A stretch of DNA of 64,000 nt from Bacilli bacterium (GTDB lineage Bacteria; Bacillota_I; Bacilli_A; ML615J-28; CAG-313), in NCBI GenBank assembly GCA_017501465.1, contig JAFVWY010000012.1, positions 10,191-74,190 on the forward strand, given 5' to 3'. Shown piece after piece: positions 28,737 to 37,828 of this stretch. A model generated the notes under the pieces. The model did not search any database. It saw only the letters and a list, made by a program, of their open reading frames with translations, and was not told the DNA's origin. The position numbers and the translations under genes are program-made. The number at the start of each line of letters is the position of its first letter. Within the stretch, counting starts at the first letter, position 1.

Positions 28737-29906
28737 ATGAAAACATTTAAAAAGATTGTTTTGATTGTTATGGACTCACTTGGTGTTGGTGAGGCGAGTG
28801 ATGCGGCTTTATATAATGATTTAGGCAGTAATACTCTTGGTAATATTGTTAAGCATTATCCTGACATAAAAATGCCTAATTTACAAAAACTTGGTATTAA
28901 TAGATTTTTAGATTCAAAAGCTTGTGGAGATGCTTTAACACTAGTTTTAGAAGAAATTAGCGTAGGTAAAGATACATTAACGGGTCACTTTGAAATGATG
29001 GGTTTGAAAGTTGATACTCCTTTTCCTTCATTTACCGAAACGGGTTTTCCTAAAGAATTAATTCAAAAAATTGAAGAATACTCTAAACGTAAAGTTATCG
29101 GTAATATCAGTGCAAGTGGTACTGAAATTATTAAAGACTTAGGAGAAGAACAATTAAAAACTGGTGCATTAATTGTTTATACTAGTGCTGATTCAGTATT
29201 ACAAATTGCCGCTCATGAAGAAATTATTCCTTTAACTGAATTATATGATATTTGTAAATATGTAAGAAAAATTACTATTGAAAATAAAGAATGGATGGTT
29301 GGTAGAATTATTGCTCGTCCATATCTTGGCAAAAATAAAGACGATTTTTATCGTACTACTAATAGACACGACTATGCTTTAAAACCTTTTGAGAAGACTG
29401 TTTTAAATACCTTAAGTGAAAATGGCTTTGATAGTATTGCTGTGGGAAAAATTAATGATATCTTTGATAATTATGGTATAACTGAATTTAGTTATACTAA
29501 AAATAATGAAGATGGTATGGATAAGACTTATAATTATCTACAAAAAGGCTTTAATGGATTGTGCTTTACTAATTTGGTTGATTTTGATGCTATTTATGGT
29601 CATCGCCGCAATGTGGTTGGTTATAAAGAGGCTATTGAAAGATTTGATATTAAATTAGGCGAATTATTAAAAATTATTGATGATGATACTTTATTAATGA
29701 TTACAGCTGATCATGGTAATGATCCGACCCACCATGGAACTGATCATACAAGAGAAAATGTCCCTTTAATTATGTATTATAATGGCGTTTGTGGTAAACA
29801 TTTAGGAAAATTTAAGTCATTTACGAATATTGGTAGTACAATACTTGAAAACTTTGGTCTTGGCAAAGGTTTATATGGGGAAGGCTTTAATAAATATTTT
29901 AAATAA
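28737..29906 (+). CDS. deoB: Phosphopentomutase
   Basis: Alkaline-phosphatase-like metalloenzyme motifs (VLIVMDSLG..., DHGND); 389 aa. Confidence 0.9.
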   Translation: MKTFKKIVLIVMDSLGVGEASDAALYNDLGSNTLGNIVKHYPDIKMPNLQKLGINRFLDSKACGDALTLVLEEISVGKDTLTGHFEMMGLKVDTPFPSFTETGFPKELIQKIEEYSKRKVIGNISASGTEIIKDLGEEQLKTGALIVYTSADSVLQIAAHEEIIPLTELYDICKYVRKITIENKEWMVGRIIARPYLGKNKDDFYRTTNRHDYALKPFEKTVLNTLSENGFDSIAVGKINDIFDNYGITEFSYTKNNEDGMDKTYNYLQKGFNGLCFTNLVDFDAIYGHRRNVVGYKEAIERFDIKLGELLKIIDDDTLLMITADHGNDPTHHGTDHTRENVPLIMYYNGVCGKHLGKFKSFTNIGSTILENFGLGKGLYGEGFNKYFK

Positions 29907-29921
29907 TAAAGGAGAAGAGGT

Positions 29922-30833
29922 TTGTTTAAAACAGAATATTTAAAATTTGACGATAAAGTTGATTTGAAAGTTTATATTTGGACTCCAAATGAAGGAAATT
30001 TAAAAGGAACAGTTCAAATAGCACATGGAATGGCTGAACATTTAGAAAGATATAATGAATTTGCAATGTTTTTAAATAAACATGGTTATTTAGTTATAGG
30101 TGCTGATCATTATGGACACGGTGGTTCGGTCAAAGATGTTAATAAAATTGGTGTTGTTGTTGATTATGACTTTATGGAGGCTATTCTACAATCAATTTAT
30201 AAAGTTAGAATGAACTATCAAGAACTTTTTAAAGAAAAAGCGATTTTATTTGCTCACTCAATGGGTTCAATGGCTGCCCAAAGATACATTGAACTATATC
30301 CTAAACATTTTAATAAAGTTATTATATCTGGAACAGATTATCCTTTTGGTAAATACTTTTTTGCAAATCTACTTACTTTAGTTAACGGTAAAAAAGGTAG
30401 AATTGTTTATAGTAAGTTTATTGATAACTTAGGCGTTGGCAGTTTTAATAAGCGTTTTGAGAATGAAAAGACGAAAGTTGCCTGGTTAACAACTGATGAG
30501 GATATTCAATATAAATATTTAAATGATCCTTTATGTGGACAAATGTTTCCTGCCAACTATTATCATTCATTATCTAGATTATTGCTTGATTCTAAGAAGA
30601 TGAAAAATAGAAAACGTATAAATCCTCATTTAGAGGTTATGATAATCTCAGGAAAAGACGATCCGGTAGGTGGCTTCGGTAAAGGACCTGAAAAACTAGC
30701 TAAAGATTATTTGAAATTGGGACTGCATGTTCATAAGGTAATCTATCCAGCTGCAAGACATGAATGTTTAAATGAACAAGTTGATGTTAAAAATAAAGTA
30801 TTTAACGATATCATATCATTTATAAAAGACTAA
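29922..30833 (+). CDS. Alpha/beta hydrolase (lysophospholipase/monoacylglycerol lipase-like)
   Basis: HG oxyanion motif, nucleophile elbow AHSMGS, C-terminal D and H. Confidence 0.6.
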   Translation: MFKTEYLKFDDKVDLKVYIWTPNEGNLKGTVQIAHGMAEHLERYNEFAMFLNKHGYLVIGADHYGHGGSVKDVNKIGVVVDYDFMEAILQSIYKVRMNYQELFKEKAILFAHSMGSMAAQRYIELYPKHFNKVIISGTDYPFGKYFFANLLTLVNGKKGRIVYSKFIDNLGVGSFNKRFENEKTKVAWLTTDEDIQYKYLNDPLCGQMFPANYYHSLSRLLLDSKKMKNRKRINPHLEVMIISGKDDPVGGFGKGPEKLAKDYLKLGLHVHKVIYPAARHECLNEQVDVKNKVFNDIISFIKD

Positions 30834-30840
30834 ACAGCTT

Positions 30841-30864
30841 AAAGGCTGTTTTTTCTTTTATTTT
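30841..30864 (+). terminator. Short terminator hairpin after hydrolase gene
   Basis: ACAGCTTAAAGGCTGTTTTTTCTTTT. Confidence 0.4.
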
Positions 30865-30906
30865 GGTATTTTTACTTTGATGTTAATAAATAGTTATAAG
30901 TAGTGT

Positions 30907-31765
30907 AAAAGTCTGATTTTGAGCTTAAAATCAGGCTTATTTTTTATTATAAATGTAGCAAATAAGATGCTTAAAAATTGATTTTTGAGAGTTTGAATGG
31001 GTATTTAATAACATAAAAAAGTCTCAATTTACTATAGAACGGTTTTAATATATAAATTATTATTAAATAGTGCAAATCTTAAAATATTAAATGCAATTTA
31101 TACACTGTTAAATACTACTTAATAACAGGTTATAAACAGTTATCCAAAGTTATTTTATTTTCCATTTTATCGGCTTTTTGCCTAGATAATTAAGAAGTTA
31201 ACATAATATATATTATAGGAAGTAAAAGCAATATAGAAACAAACCAAATAAAACTATTTTTATTACTTCTTATCTTATCGATTATATAGTTTATTTGTCG
31301 ATTTTAATAGAAATATATAAAATAAACTAGCTCATTTTTTAAAACATGATTATGTTTAAAAATTTATCTTTAAGTAAAACTATCAATCAATTCTACTTCT
31401 TAATTATCAACCCTAAAAAACCTCCAAAATCGTTTTTTTATACTATTTTGAATAATTATTCATCTTCTTTAAAAGTCTCAAATTGAGCTTAAAAATGGCC
31501 TAATTTTTAAGTCTTAAAAAATAAAAAAATCTATTATAAAATATTAATTTATAATAGATCAATTGTTGTTTATAAACCCTTCTTAAAGAGTTTGAAATAT
31601 ATTTGATGAGTAAATATCTATATAAGATTCTGTTGTAAGGCTTATATAATATAAATAAAAAATCTACTTTTTGATAAAAACTATTTTTTAGTTTTTTAAA
31701 AAGTAGATAATTATGTTTTAAAAGCCTTCTGTGAGCGTTTGAAATCTTCCAAATGAGTAAATACT
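30907..31765. repeat. ORF-free AT-rich zone built of degenerate copies of a short repeat (AAAAGTCTCA-N-GAGC(G)TTTGAAAT...AATGAGTAAATA) plus an 11-bp inverted repeat
   Basis: Related copies at 30907-30947, 30987-31030, 31471-31510, 31578-31618, 31720-31765; IR ATCTACTTTTT/AAAAAGTAGAT at 31662-31708. Confidence 0.5.
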
Positions 31766-31797
31766 AATTTAAGTTTCTATAAAACGCTTTAACAAAG

Positions 31798-32613
31798 CTA
31801 AAAATTTAGTTTATTAGTTATTTTTAAGCCTAACTCGTCAGCGTATTGATATGCAAGTTTTGTATATTGATCATTAAAAGCTTCTACAGAATGTGAATCA
31901 TCATTAATGACAATAATCAGATCTGGATGATTATCTTGGAATTTTTTAATGACTTGCCAGAAAGGAATATACGGATATTTAAAAAGTTTAGAATCTAAAA
32001 TACCGTTATTTTTGAATACAGAGCTTCTAATACCATTTGCATTGAATTCTAACGCAACATGGTTTTTTAAAGCTGTTTCTGCGATTGAAATAGCGACATT
32101 TTCACATTGTTTAGTAAAACTTGGGTATCTATACATATACAATTCAGGATGAGCAAATATTTTGAATAATCCCGTTTCCATCGCGTTTAAAACCTTATTT
32201 TTATAAATCTCAATATCATCTTCATTAAAGTCGTATGAATAAGTACTTTTGTAATTACCATCTTTATAAATTTCATGTTGGCCTAGTACTAAATAGTCAA
32301 CTTTTTCCCTTAATGTGGTAATTCGAGATTGGTAATGGTCGTAATATTCTATTTCAAGCGCTGTGAGAACGGTTATTTGGTCATTATACTTCTTCTTTAG
32401 GTTGTTTAAGTCCTTAAGATAGACATTAATGAATTCATCTTCTGACATACGTCTTGATCTAAGTTTTAGTGTTAATTCATCACTAATTGGTCCATGATCA
32501 GAAATACCAATATGGCAAAATCCATCTTGAATGGCCTTTTGAATGTATTCTTCACTAGTTCCAGTCGCATGTTTACAAAGATAAATATGTGTATGATAAT
32601 TAGCAATTCGCAT
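31798..32613 (-). CDS. PHP-domain phosphoesterase, histidinol-phosphatase (HisJ/HisK) family
   Basis: N-terminal HTHIYLCKHATG, ISDHGP, EIEY, AHPEL, EFNANG, DDSH metal-ligand pattern; 271 aa. Confidence 0.6.
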   Translation of the reverse strand: MRIANYHTHIYLCKHATGTSEEYIQKAIQDGFCHIGISDHGPISDELTLKLRSRRMSEDEFINVYLKDLNNLKKKYNDQITVLTALEIEYYDHYQSRITTLREKVDYLVLGQHEIYKDGNYKSTYSYDFNEDDIEIYKNKVLNAMETGLFKIFAHPELYMYRYPSFTKQCENVAISIAETALKNHVALEFNANGIRSSVFKNNGILDSKLFKYPYIPFWQVIKKFQDNHPDLIIVINDDSHSVEAFNDQYTKLAYQYADELGLKITNKLNF

Positions 32614-32615
32614 TT

Positions 32616-33653
32616 CTATTCACCAACAACCCTTGATAAAGGAACATTTTCAGTATTTTTTCGCCATTTTGCACTTCGACCAGTTCCTAAAGGCATAATT
32701 ACGCCATCATCTCTTAATTTGTTTAAAACACGATTAATTGTCGCATCACTAACACCTGGATTTAATTCCCTAACATCATCTTTAGAAAAGAATTCAGGAA
32801 GTTTATAAATACTAGTTTCCACATTATCAGTTTTTAAACCTTTATTTTGGTATTCATATTTTTTAACATCTTCGTTTAATGTTTTATAAGCATCAATGAT
32901 AATATCAAAAATAACCTTACTAAATCCGGTAGCTTGGATAAAACCATCAAAATAGTTAATGCTAGCTTTTTTAATTTCATCTTCTATTATAGCGTATTTT
33001 TCATAGAAAAATTTGAATAAACTTTGATATTTAAACACAGTAATATTATTTCTACACATTGAATAATATAAAGATATTAAGGCTGCTAATTCATTTTCTG
33101 AATTAAAAGGTTGTAAATTAATTATATCTAAATATAATATTACACTCAAAATGATTGGTTCATATTTTTTATTATCAATAAATAATTGGTATTCATCTAA
33201 ACACTCATTTATTAATAAACGAACAGATTGTTTGATAATTCGTTTATTTACAACGGTATTGATTGTTTTATTATTATAATTAAATTTATGTTTACCATAG
33301 ATATGATTTAAGTATGATATTAATTCACCAGCATTTAAAGGATATCTAAGGGCATCGGTTTTAATAATTTGAAAGGTTGTTTTAATATTTTTAATGGCTT
33401 CTTCTTCTTTATTTTTGGGTTGAATATCTTTATTTAATAGTAAACGTATTCTATTATCTGTAACTTCTAGGCCTAAAATATGAGCAATATAGAAAGTATC
33501 TTCTAAAAGAGTCTTTTCTTCACTAATTTCTTTTAAAGTGCCTAATTTATCAAGGTATGTATCAGTTTTACCGATTTCTTTATAGGCATTTAACATTTGG
33601 ATTAATAATTCGGATGGTATAATATAATGATTTAAGTTTTCAAAATTACTCAT
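32616..33653 (-). CDS. Fic-fold-like protein with degenerate active-site motif and C-terminal winged-helix domain
   Basis: QPFNSENELAALI aligns to Fic HPFxDGNGRxxRLL with H, D, G, G, R all replaced; C-terminal ATINRVLNKLRDDGVIMPLGTGRSAKWRK wHTH. Confidence 0.35.
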   Translation of the reverse strand: MSNFENLNHYIIPSELLIQMLNAYKEIGKTDTYLDKLGTLKEISEEKTLLEDTFYIAHILGLEVTDNRIRLLLNKDIQPKNKEEEAIKNIKTTFQIIKTDALRYPLNAGELISYLNHIYGKHKFNYNNKTINTVVNKRIIKQSVRLLINECLDEYQLFIDNKKYEPIILSVILYLDIINLQPFNSENELAALISLYYSMCRNNITVFKYQSLFKFFYEKYAIIEDEIKKASINYFDGFIQATGFSKVIFDIIIDAYKTLNEDVKKYEYQNKGLKTDNVETSIYKLPEFFSKDDVRELNPGVSDATINRVLNKLRDDGVIMPLGTGRSAKWRKNTENVPLSRVVGE

Positions 33654-34256
33654 TTATAATACCCCTTTCTATTTTAGAATAATGACAACCACAATAGTTT
33701 TGTCGGTATAATTCATATTTTTTAGATAGTTCGATGGATTTTTGATATCCATTTTGTAGTTTAAAGTTAGAATAAATAAAAGGAACGTCAACAATTTTTG
33801 ATAATTCAAAGCCAATTTCGTTAATCCAAGTACTATTTTTATGTGGACTAATACTTAAAGTTGTTGTCCAATAATCATAGTTATGTTCTTTAGCATAGAG
33901 TGCTGTTTTATACATTCTCAATTTATAACAGTGATAGCAGCGAATGGATTTTTCTTTTAAATGTTCAAATCCTTTGATACTATTATAGAAGTTATAGGTG
34001 TATAAGGATCAATAATAACTTTTGATTCTGGGGTTAATATGTTTGCAATTCTGACTTGTTCTTCACTTCTTTTATTGAATTCTTCAATTGTATCTAGGTT
34101 ATCATTTGAATAGAAAACATCGACTTGAAAACCTTCTTTTAAAAGTTCAATACAAGCTGAACTACATGGTCCACAACAACTATGTAGAAGTATTTTTTTG
34201 TTGGTTTTATCTTGGATTAATGATAGTAATGATTTATAATCCAAAACGTTGTTCAT
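33646..34256 (-). pseudogene. queH: Epoxyqueuosine reductase QueH (DUF208) interrupted by a frameshift
   Basis: N-terminal ORF 33957-34256 carries LLHSCCGPCS; C-terminal ORF 33646-33921 carries RCYHCY (reading-frame extension), TTTLSISP and YCGCHYS; frames switch near 33995-34010 (IIDPY then YNFYNSIKGFEHLKEKSIRCYHC in the other frame). Confidence 0.6.
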
Positions 34257-35157
34257 TTTTACCTTCTTTCTTGAATAGTAATGGTACTAAAGCAATCCCT
34301 GCGAAAGACATTATAAAGTATCTTAACATATGGAAGAAATTATGATTTGGGAAAATAGCTTTTAAACCAGATTTTAATCCCAACACAATTCCTGCTCCTA
34401 TTAGTAATCTTAATGCTAAGAAACCAACGGGTACTTTGTGAGAGAAATTGATATATTTTTCTTCAATAAAGAAACCTAAAATAATTGCTAAATAAAGACC
34501 AAAACTTTTATATAAATCAGCAACTGCTAAATTATTGAAATTAATTATCATCGTAGGTAATGATAATAAAATAAAGACTAAGCTAATAATATAGTATTTT
34601 TTAGTGTGATTAATATTATCATACACACGATTTAATACTAAAGTAACTAACATTCCAACAAGTAAACCTACAATAACATCGCCTGGGAAATGAACCCCAA
34701 GATATAATCTAGTAATTGGAACAATAATTAAAGCAGCGATACATAAACCTTTAATCCACTTCTTCTTATTATTATAATAAATTGAAGTATAAATTGTTCC
34801 AGCATTTTGGCTATGGCCGCTAGGAAAACTTGTACCAGTTGAATTATCCATTGAGTCACTTAATTTTTTTAAGTGTTTATGTTCTTCAAATTGGAAAGGT
34901 CTTTTAGCAAGGAATAAAGACTTTAAAATGCCATTAATGATAAAAGAACTTCCTAAAATGAAGGCTAATTTTTTACCTAATTTTTTATCAACTAAGTAGT
35001 AAATAAATAAAATCATTGCAAAGACTATTTCCCCACTACCAAATTTAGATAGAATAAAAAATAGCATATTTAAAAAGTCATTAGCGATTTTGTCAAATGC
35101 TTCTAGTATTTTCCATTCTAGAGGGAATCGGTCTACAAAATAACTTAATACGTTCAT
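34234..35157 (-). CDS. PAP2-superfamily phosphatase (membrane, e.g. undecaprenyl-diphosphate/phosphatidylglycerophosphate phosphatase-like)
   Basis: KRPF, SFPSGHS, RLYLGVHFPGDV motifs with flanking TM helices. Confidence 0.65.
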   Translation of the reverse strand: MNVLSYFVDRFPLEWKILEAFDKIANDFLNMLFFILSKFGSGEIVFAMILFIYYLVDKKLGKKLAFILGSSFIINGILKSLFLAKRPFQFEEHKHLKKLSDSMDNSTGTSFPSGHSQNAGTIYTSIYYNNKKKWIKGLCIAALIIVPITRLYLGVHFPGDVIVGLLVGMLVTLVLNRVYDNINHTKKYYIISLVFILLSLPTMIINFNNLAVADLYKSFGLYLAIILGFFIEEKYINFSHKVPVGFLALRLLIGAGIVLGLKSGLKAIFPNHNFFHMLRYFIMSFAGIALVPLLFKKEGKNEQRFGL

Positions 35158-35159
35158 AA

Positions 35160-35918
35160 TTATGATCTCTTTCTAATGTTTTTTTCTTGTTTTGATAATG
35201 CAATTAATTGTTTAACTTCGTGAACAGTTAAATTTCTAACTTCACCTGATAGTAAATCTTTGGTTGTAACTACGCCAAATCTAGTTCTTGTTAATTTTTT
35301 TACAGGATGGTTAATTGCTAAAAACATGTTTTTAACTTGGTGATATTTACCTTCAGTGATAATTATTTTAATTAAACTAGAATTATGTTCTCTATCAACG
35401 GAAACTATTTCGACATAAGCCGGTAAGTAGCTAGTTCCTTTATATTCTAAACCATGAATTAAAGGGTTTAATTCTTTAAATTCAACCACTCCTTCTACTC
35501 TAGCTAAGTATTCTTTTTCAATGCCACTGCGAGGTCCTACCATATGATTCATAAATTCCCCATCATTAGTAAGTAGTAAGATACCTTTCGTATCGTAGTC
35601 TAATCGACCTACGGGGAATAGACGAAATTCTTTATAAATTTCAGGTAAAATATCGATAACTGTTTTGCGTTTATGTTCATCTTTAACAGAACATATAACA
35701 CTTTGCGGTTTATTAAGGGCAAGGTAAATTTTTTCTTCAACCTTAGTTATTAATTTATTATTAACTTTAATTTGATCTTTATCAGATACTAAGAAGCCCA
35801 TTTCAGTTACTACTTGGTCATTTACTTTAACTTGTCCAAGTTTAATTAATTCTTCTGCTTTTCTTCTTGATGCAATACCACTTGCAGCAATTCTTTTTTG
35901 TAATCTTTCCATAAACAT
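35160..35918 (-). CDS. rluB: 23S rRNA pseudouridine synthase, RluB/RsuA family
   Basis: N-terminal S4 domain (RLQKRIAASGIASRRKAEELI) and catalytic GRLDYDTKGILLLTNDGE. Confidence 0.8.
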   Translation of the reverse strand: MFMERLQKRIAASGIASRRKAEELIKLGQVKVNDQVVTEMGFLVSDKDQIKVNNKLITKVEEKIYLALNKPQSVICSVKDEHKRKTVIDILPEIYKEFRLFPVGRLDYDTKGILLLTNDGEFMNHMVGPRSGIEKEYLARVEGVVEFKELNPLIHGLEYKGTSYLPAYVEIVSVDREHNSSLIKIIITEGKYHQVKNMFLAINHPVKKLTRTRFGVVTTKDLLSGEVRNLTVHEVKQLIALSKQEKNIRKRS

Positions 35919-35980
35919 TTTTCTCCACTATAAATTATACTAGAAAAAAATCAAAATGTAAAATGTTAAATAAAAAAATA

Positions 35981-36051
35981 AAACCCCGTTTAGAGCGTTT
36001 GAGATTCATTAACTTGGTAATTAATCATCTCGAACGCTTAAAATGGGGTTT
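35981..36051. repeat. 71-bp palindromic repeat element (copy A): AAACCCC-GTTTAGAGCGTTTGAGAT-loop-ATCTCGAACGCTTAAAAT-GGGGTTT
   Basis: Long imperfect hairpin; near-identical reverse-complement copy at 44748-44819; half-copies in 30.9-31.8 kb zone. Confidence 0.65.
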
Positions 36052-36055
36052 CAAA

Positions 36056-36934
36056 TTATAAATATTTATTTGCTAAAGTTTTATGAACTGACCAATCTGA
36101 AGAAATATTAAAAGAAACGATGATAATTAGATTTTCTCCTTTTTCATAAACACTAACTAACGTTCGTCCTGCTTTTTTAGTATAACCAGTTTTACCTCCG
36201 ATTAAAAAGTTTTCGGTAATAAGTAATTTATGCTTGTGTCTTACATAAATTGTTCGTTCATCAAATTTAATTTTATATTCTTTTAATCCAATTAAGTCTT
36301 TTAAATAAGGATACTTTAATAATTCTTTAGTTATTATTGCAAAGTCATAAGTTGAAGTATAATTAAATTCATCTTCATCAAGTCCAGTTGTATTATTAAA
36401 GATCGAGTTTTTCAACCCTAACCGTTTAACTTCATCATTCATTAATAAAATAAAATCATCAGGATTATCGCTATAGGCATATTGTAAAGCTTTAGCCGCA
36501 TCATTTCCACTTTGTAGAATCATTCCGATAATCAAATCTTCTACCCGTATTAGATCATCTTTTTCTAGATAGATTCTACTACCAGTAACATTAATCATAT
36601 CGGAAGATATTTTTATGACTTTATTTAAATCAATGTATTTATAAGCTACTAGTGCTGTTAAAAGTTTAGTCAAACTTGCAGGTAACATTTTTTGATGAAT
36701 ATTGTTTTGATATAATATTTCATCATTATTAACACTATATACAATTGTTGATGAATTATTATAATTATTCATGACTAGTTTTACATCATTATTAGTCTTA
36801 GAATAGATTATTAAAATAATCGTACAAAGCCATAATATTAACCATACAATGTTAATTATTAATTTTCTTTTATTCATATTATCACATTTAATAATATGAA
36901 TAGACATTAAAAAATATGAAAAAACACTATACAC
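36056..36934 (-). CDS. dacA: D-alanyl-D-alanine carboxypeptidase (S11, PBP5-like)
   Basis: SxxK motif PASLTKLLTA, SGN (LQSGND), KTG (GKTGYT); true start probably the internal Met of the MNKRKLIINIVWLILWL signal peptide. Confidence 0.8.
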   Translation of the reverse strand: MYSVFSYFLMSIHIIKCDNMNKRKLIINIVWLILWLCTIILIIYSKTNNDVKLVMNNYNNSSTIVYSVNNDEILYQNNIHQKMLPASLTKLLTALVAYKYIDLNKVIKISSDMINVTGSRIYLEKDDLIRVEDLIIGMILQSGNDAAKALQYAYSDNPDDFILLMNDEVKRLGLKNSIFNNTTGLDEDEFNYTSTYDFAIITKELLKYPYLKDLIGLKEYKIKFDERTIYVRHKHKLLITENFLIGGKTGYTKKAGRTLVSVYEKGENLIIIVSFNISSDWSVHKTLANKYL

Positions 36935-36950
36935 AATGTATAGTGTTTAG
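36905..36950 (-). terminator. Terminator after miaA
   Basis: Minus-strand AAACACTATACATTGTGTATAGTGTTTTTTC hairpin plus U-run. Confidence 0.5.
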
Positions 36951-37828
36951 TCTTTTAAAAAAGTAATGATTTGTTGATAAGCATCTTCAATAGTTTTTGA
37001 AAAATTATTTAAATCAACATCTATTTTAATACAATCTTGATGATTACGATACCAAGTTAATTGTCTTTTTGCATAATGTCTAGAGTCTTTTTGAATTAAG
37101 TCGATTAATTCATTCTTAGCAATTAAACCATCTAAATATTTTATTGTATGTTCAAAACCAATGGCTTTACCTAGTTGAGTATTTAATAGGTGTTTACTAT
37201 TTTTAACCTCTTCTATTAAACCATTATCCAACATTTCTAATACTCGTTGATTGATTCTTTCATATAAACTATCACGTTCTAAGTTTAAACATATAATTAA
37301 AGGTTTATAATAGTGTTCATGTTTTAAACTTCGTTCATTAGCATCTTGCGTTTTAGCAAGATGAATTGCTCTAGCAACTCTTTTTCGATTATTTGGATGA
37401 ATTATTTTTGCTTTTTCCAAATCAAGTTCTTTTAACATATCATGTAATTCTTCATTTGAGTAGTTTGAGTCAAAGTAAGTATCTTGACTTTCTTCATCTT
37501 CAAAACGATAATCATAAATTACGCTATCAATGTAAAGTCCACTCCCACCAACAATAATAGGAATTTCAAATTTATCTACTAAATTACGCACCATTTTTTG
37601 ATATTGAAAGATAGAAAAAGGAACTAATGGGTTTAATTCATCCATTAAGTGATGTTTTACAGCTTTTAGTTCTTCCTTAGTAGGTTTTGCAGTCAAAATA
37701 TCCAAGCCTTGGTAAATTTGATATGCGTCACCATTAATTAAATCAGTATGTAGTCTTTTCGCAATTTCTAAGGATAACTTAGTTTTGCCACTTGCGGTAG
37801 GACCAGTTATAATGATTACTTTCTTCAT
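36947..37828 (-). CDS. miaA: tRNA dimethylallyltransferase
   Basis: P-loop GPTASGKT; miaA-mutL-mutS cluster. Confidence 0.9.
   Translation of the reverse strand: MKKVIIITGPTASGKTKLSLEIAKRLHTDLINGDAYQIYQGLDILTAKPTKEELKAVKHHLMDELNPLVPFSIFQYQKMVRNLVDKFEIPIIVGGSGLYIDSVIYDYRFEDEESQDTYFDSNYSNEELHDMLKELDLEKAKIIHPNNRKRVARAIHLAKTQDANERSLKHEHYYKPLIICLNLERDSLYERINQRVLEMLDNGLIEEVKNSKHLLNTQLGKAIGFEHTIKYLDGLIAKNELIDLIQKDSRHYAKRQLTWYRNHQDCIKIDVDLNNFSKTIEDAYQQIITFLKD

Noticed and set aside
31322-31362. dif site call at TTTAAAACATGATTATGTTTAAAAAT
   Set aside because: Only the right arm (TTATGTTTAAA) resembles the XerD-arm consensus; the left arm and central region do not match Firmicutes dif. It is mentioned as a weak candidate inside the terminus finding, not as a feature.
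30840-31797. tRNA, tmRNA, RNase P RNA or CRISPR array in the long non-coding zone
   Set aside because: No GGTTCGAATCC-type T-loop, no conserved RNase P or tmRNA blocks, and repeats are degenerate and irregularly spaced, not a regular repeat-spacer array.
31949-32808. Plus-strand ORFs 31949-32152 and 32494-32808 across the PHP and Fic-like genes
   Set aside because: Antisense to genes with recognisable motifs.
34088-34345. Plus-strand ORF spanning queH N-terminus and PAP2 end
   Set aside because: Antisense; crosses a gene boundary.
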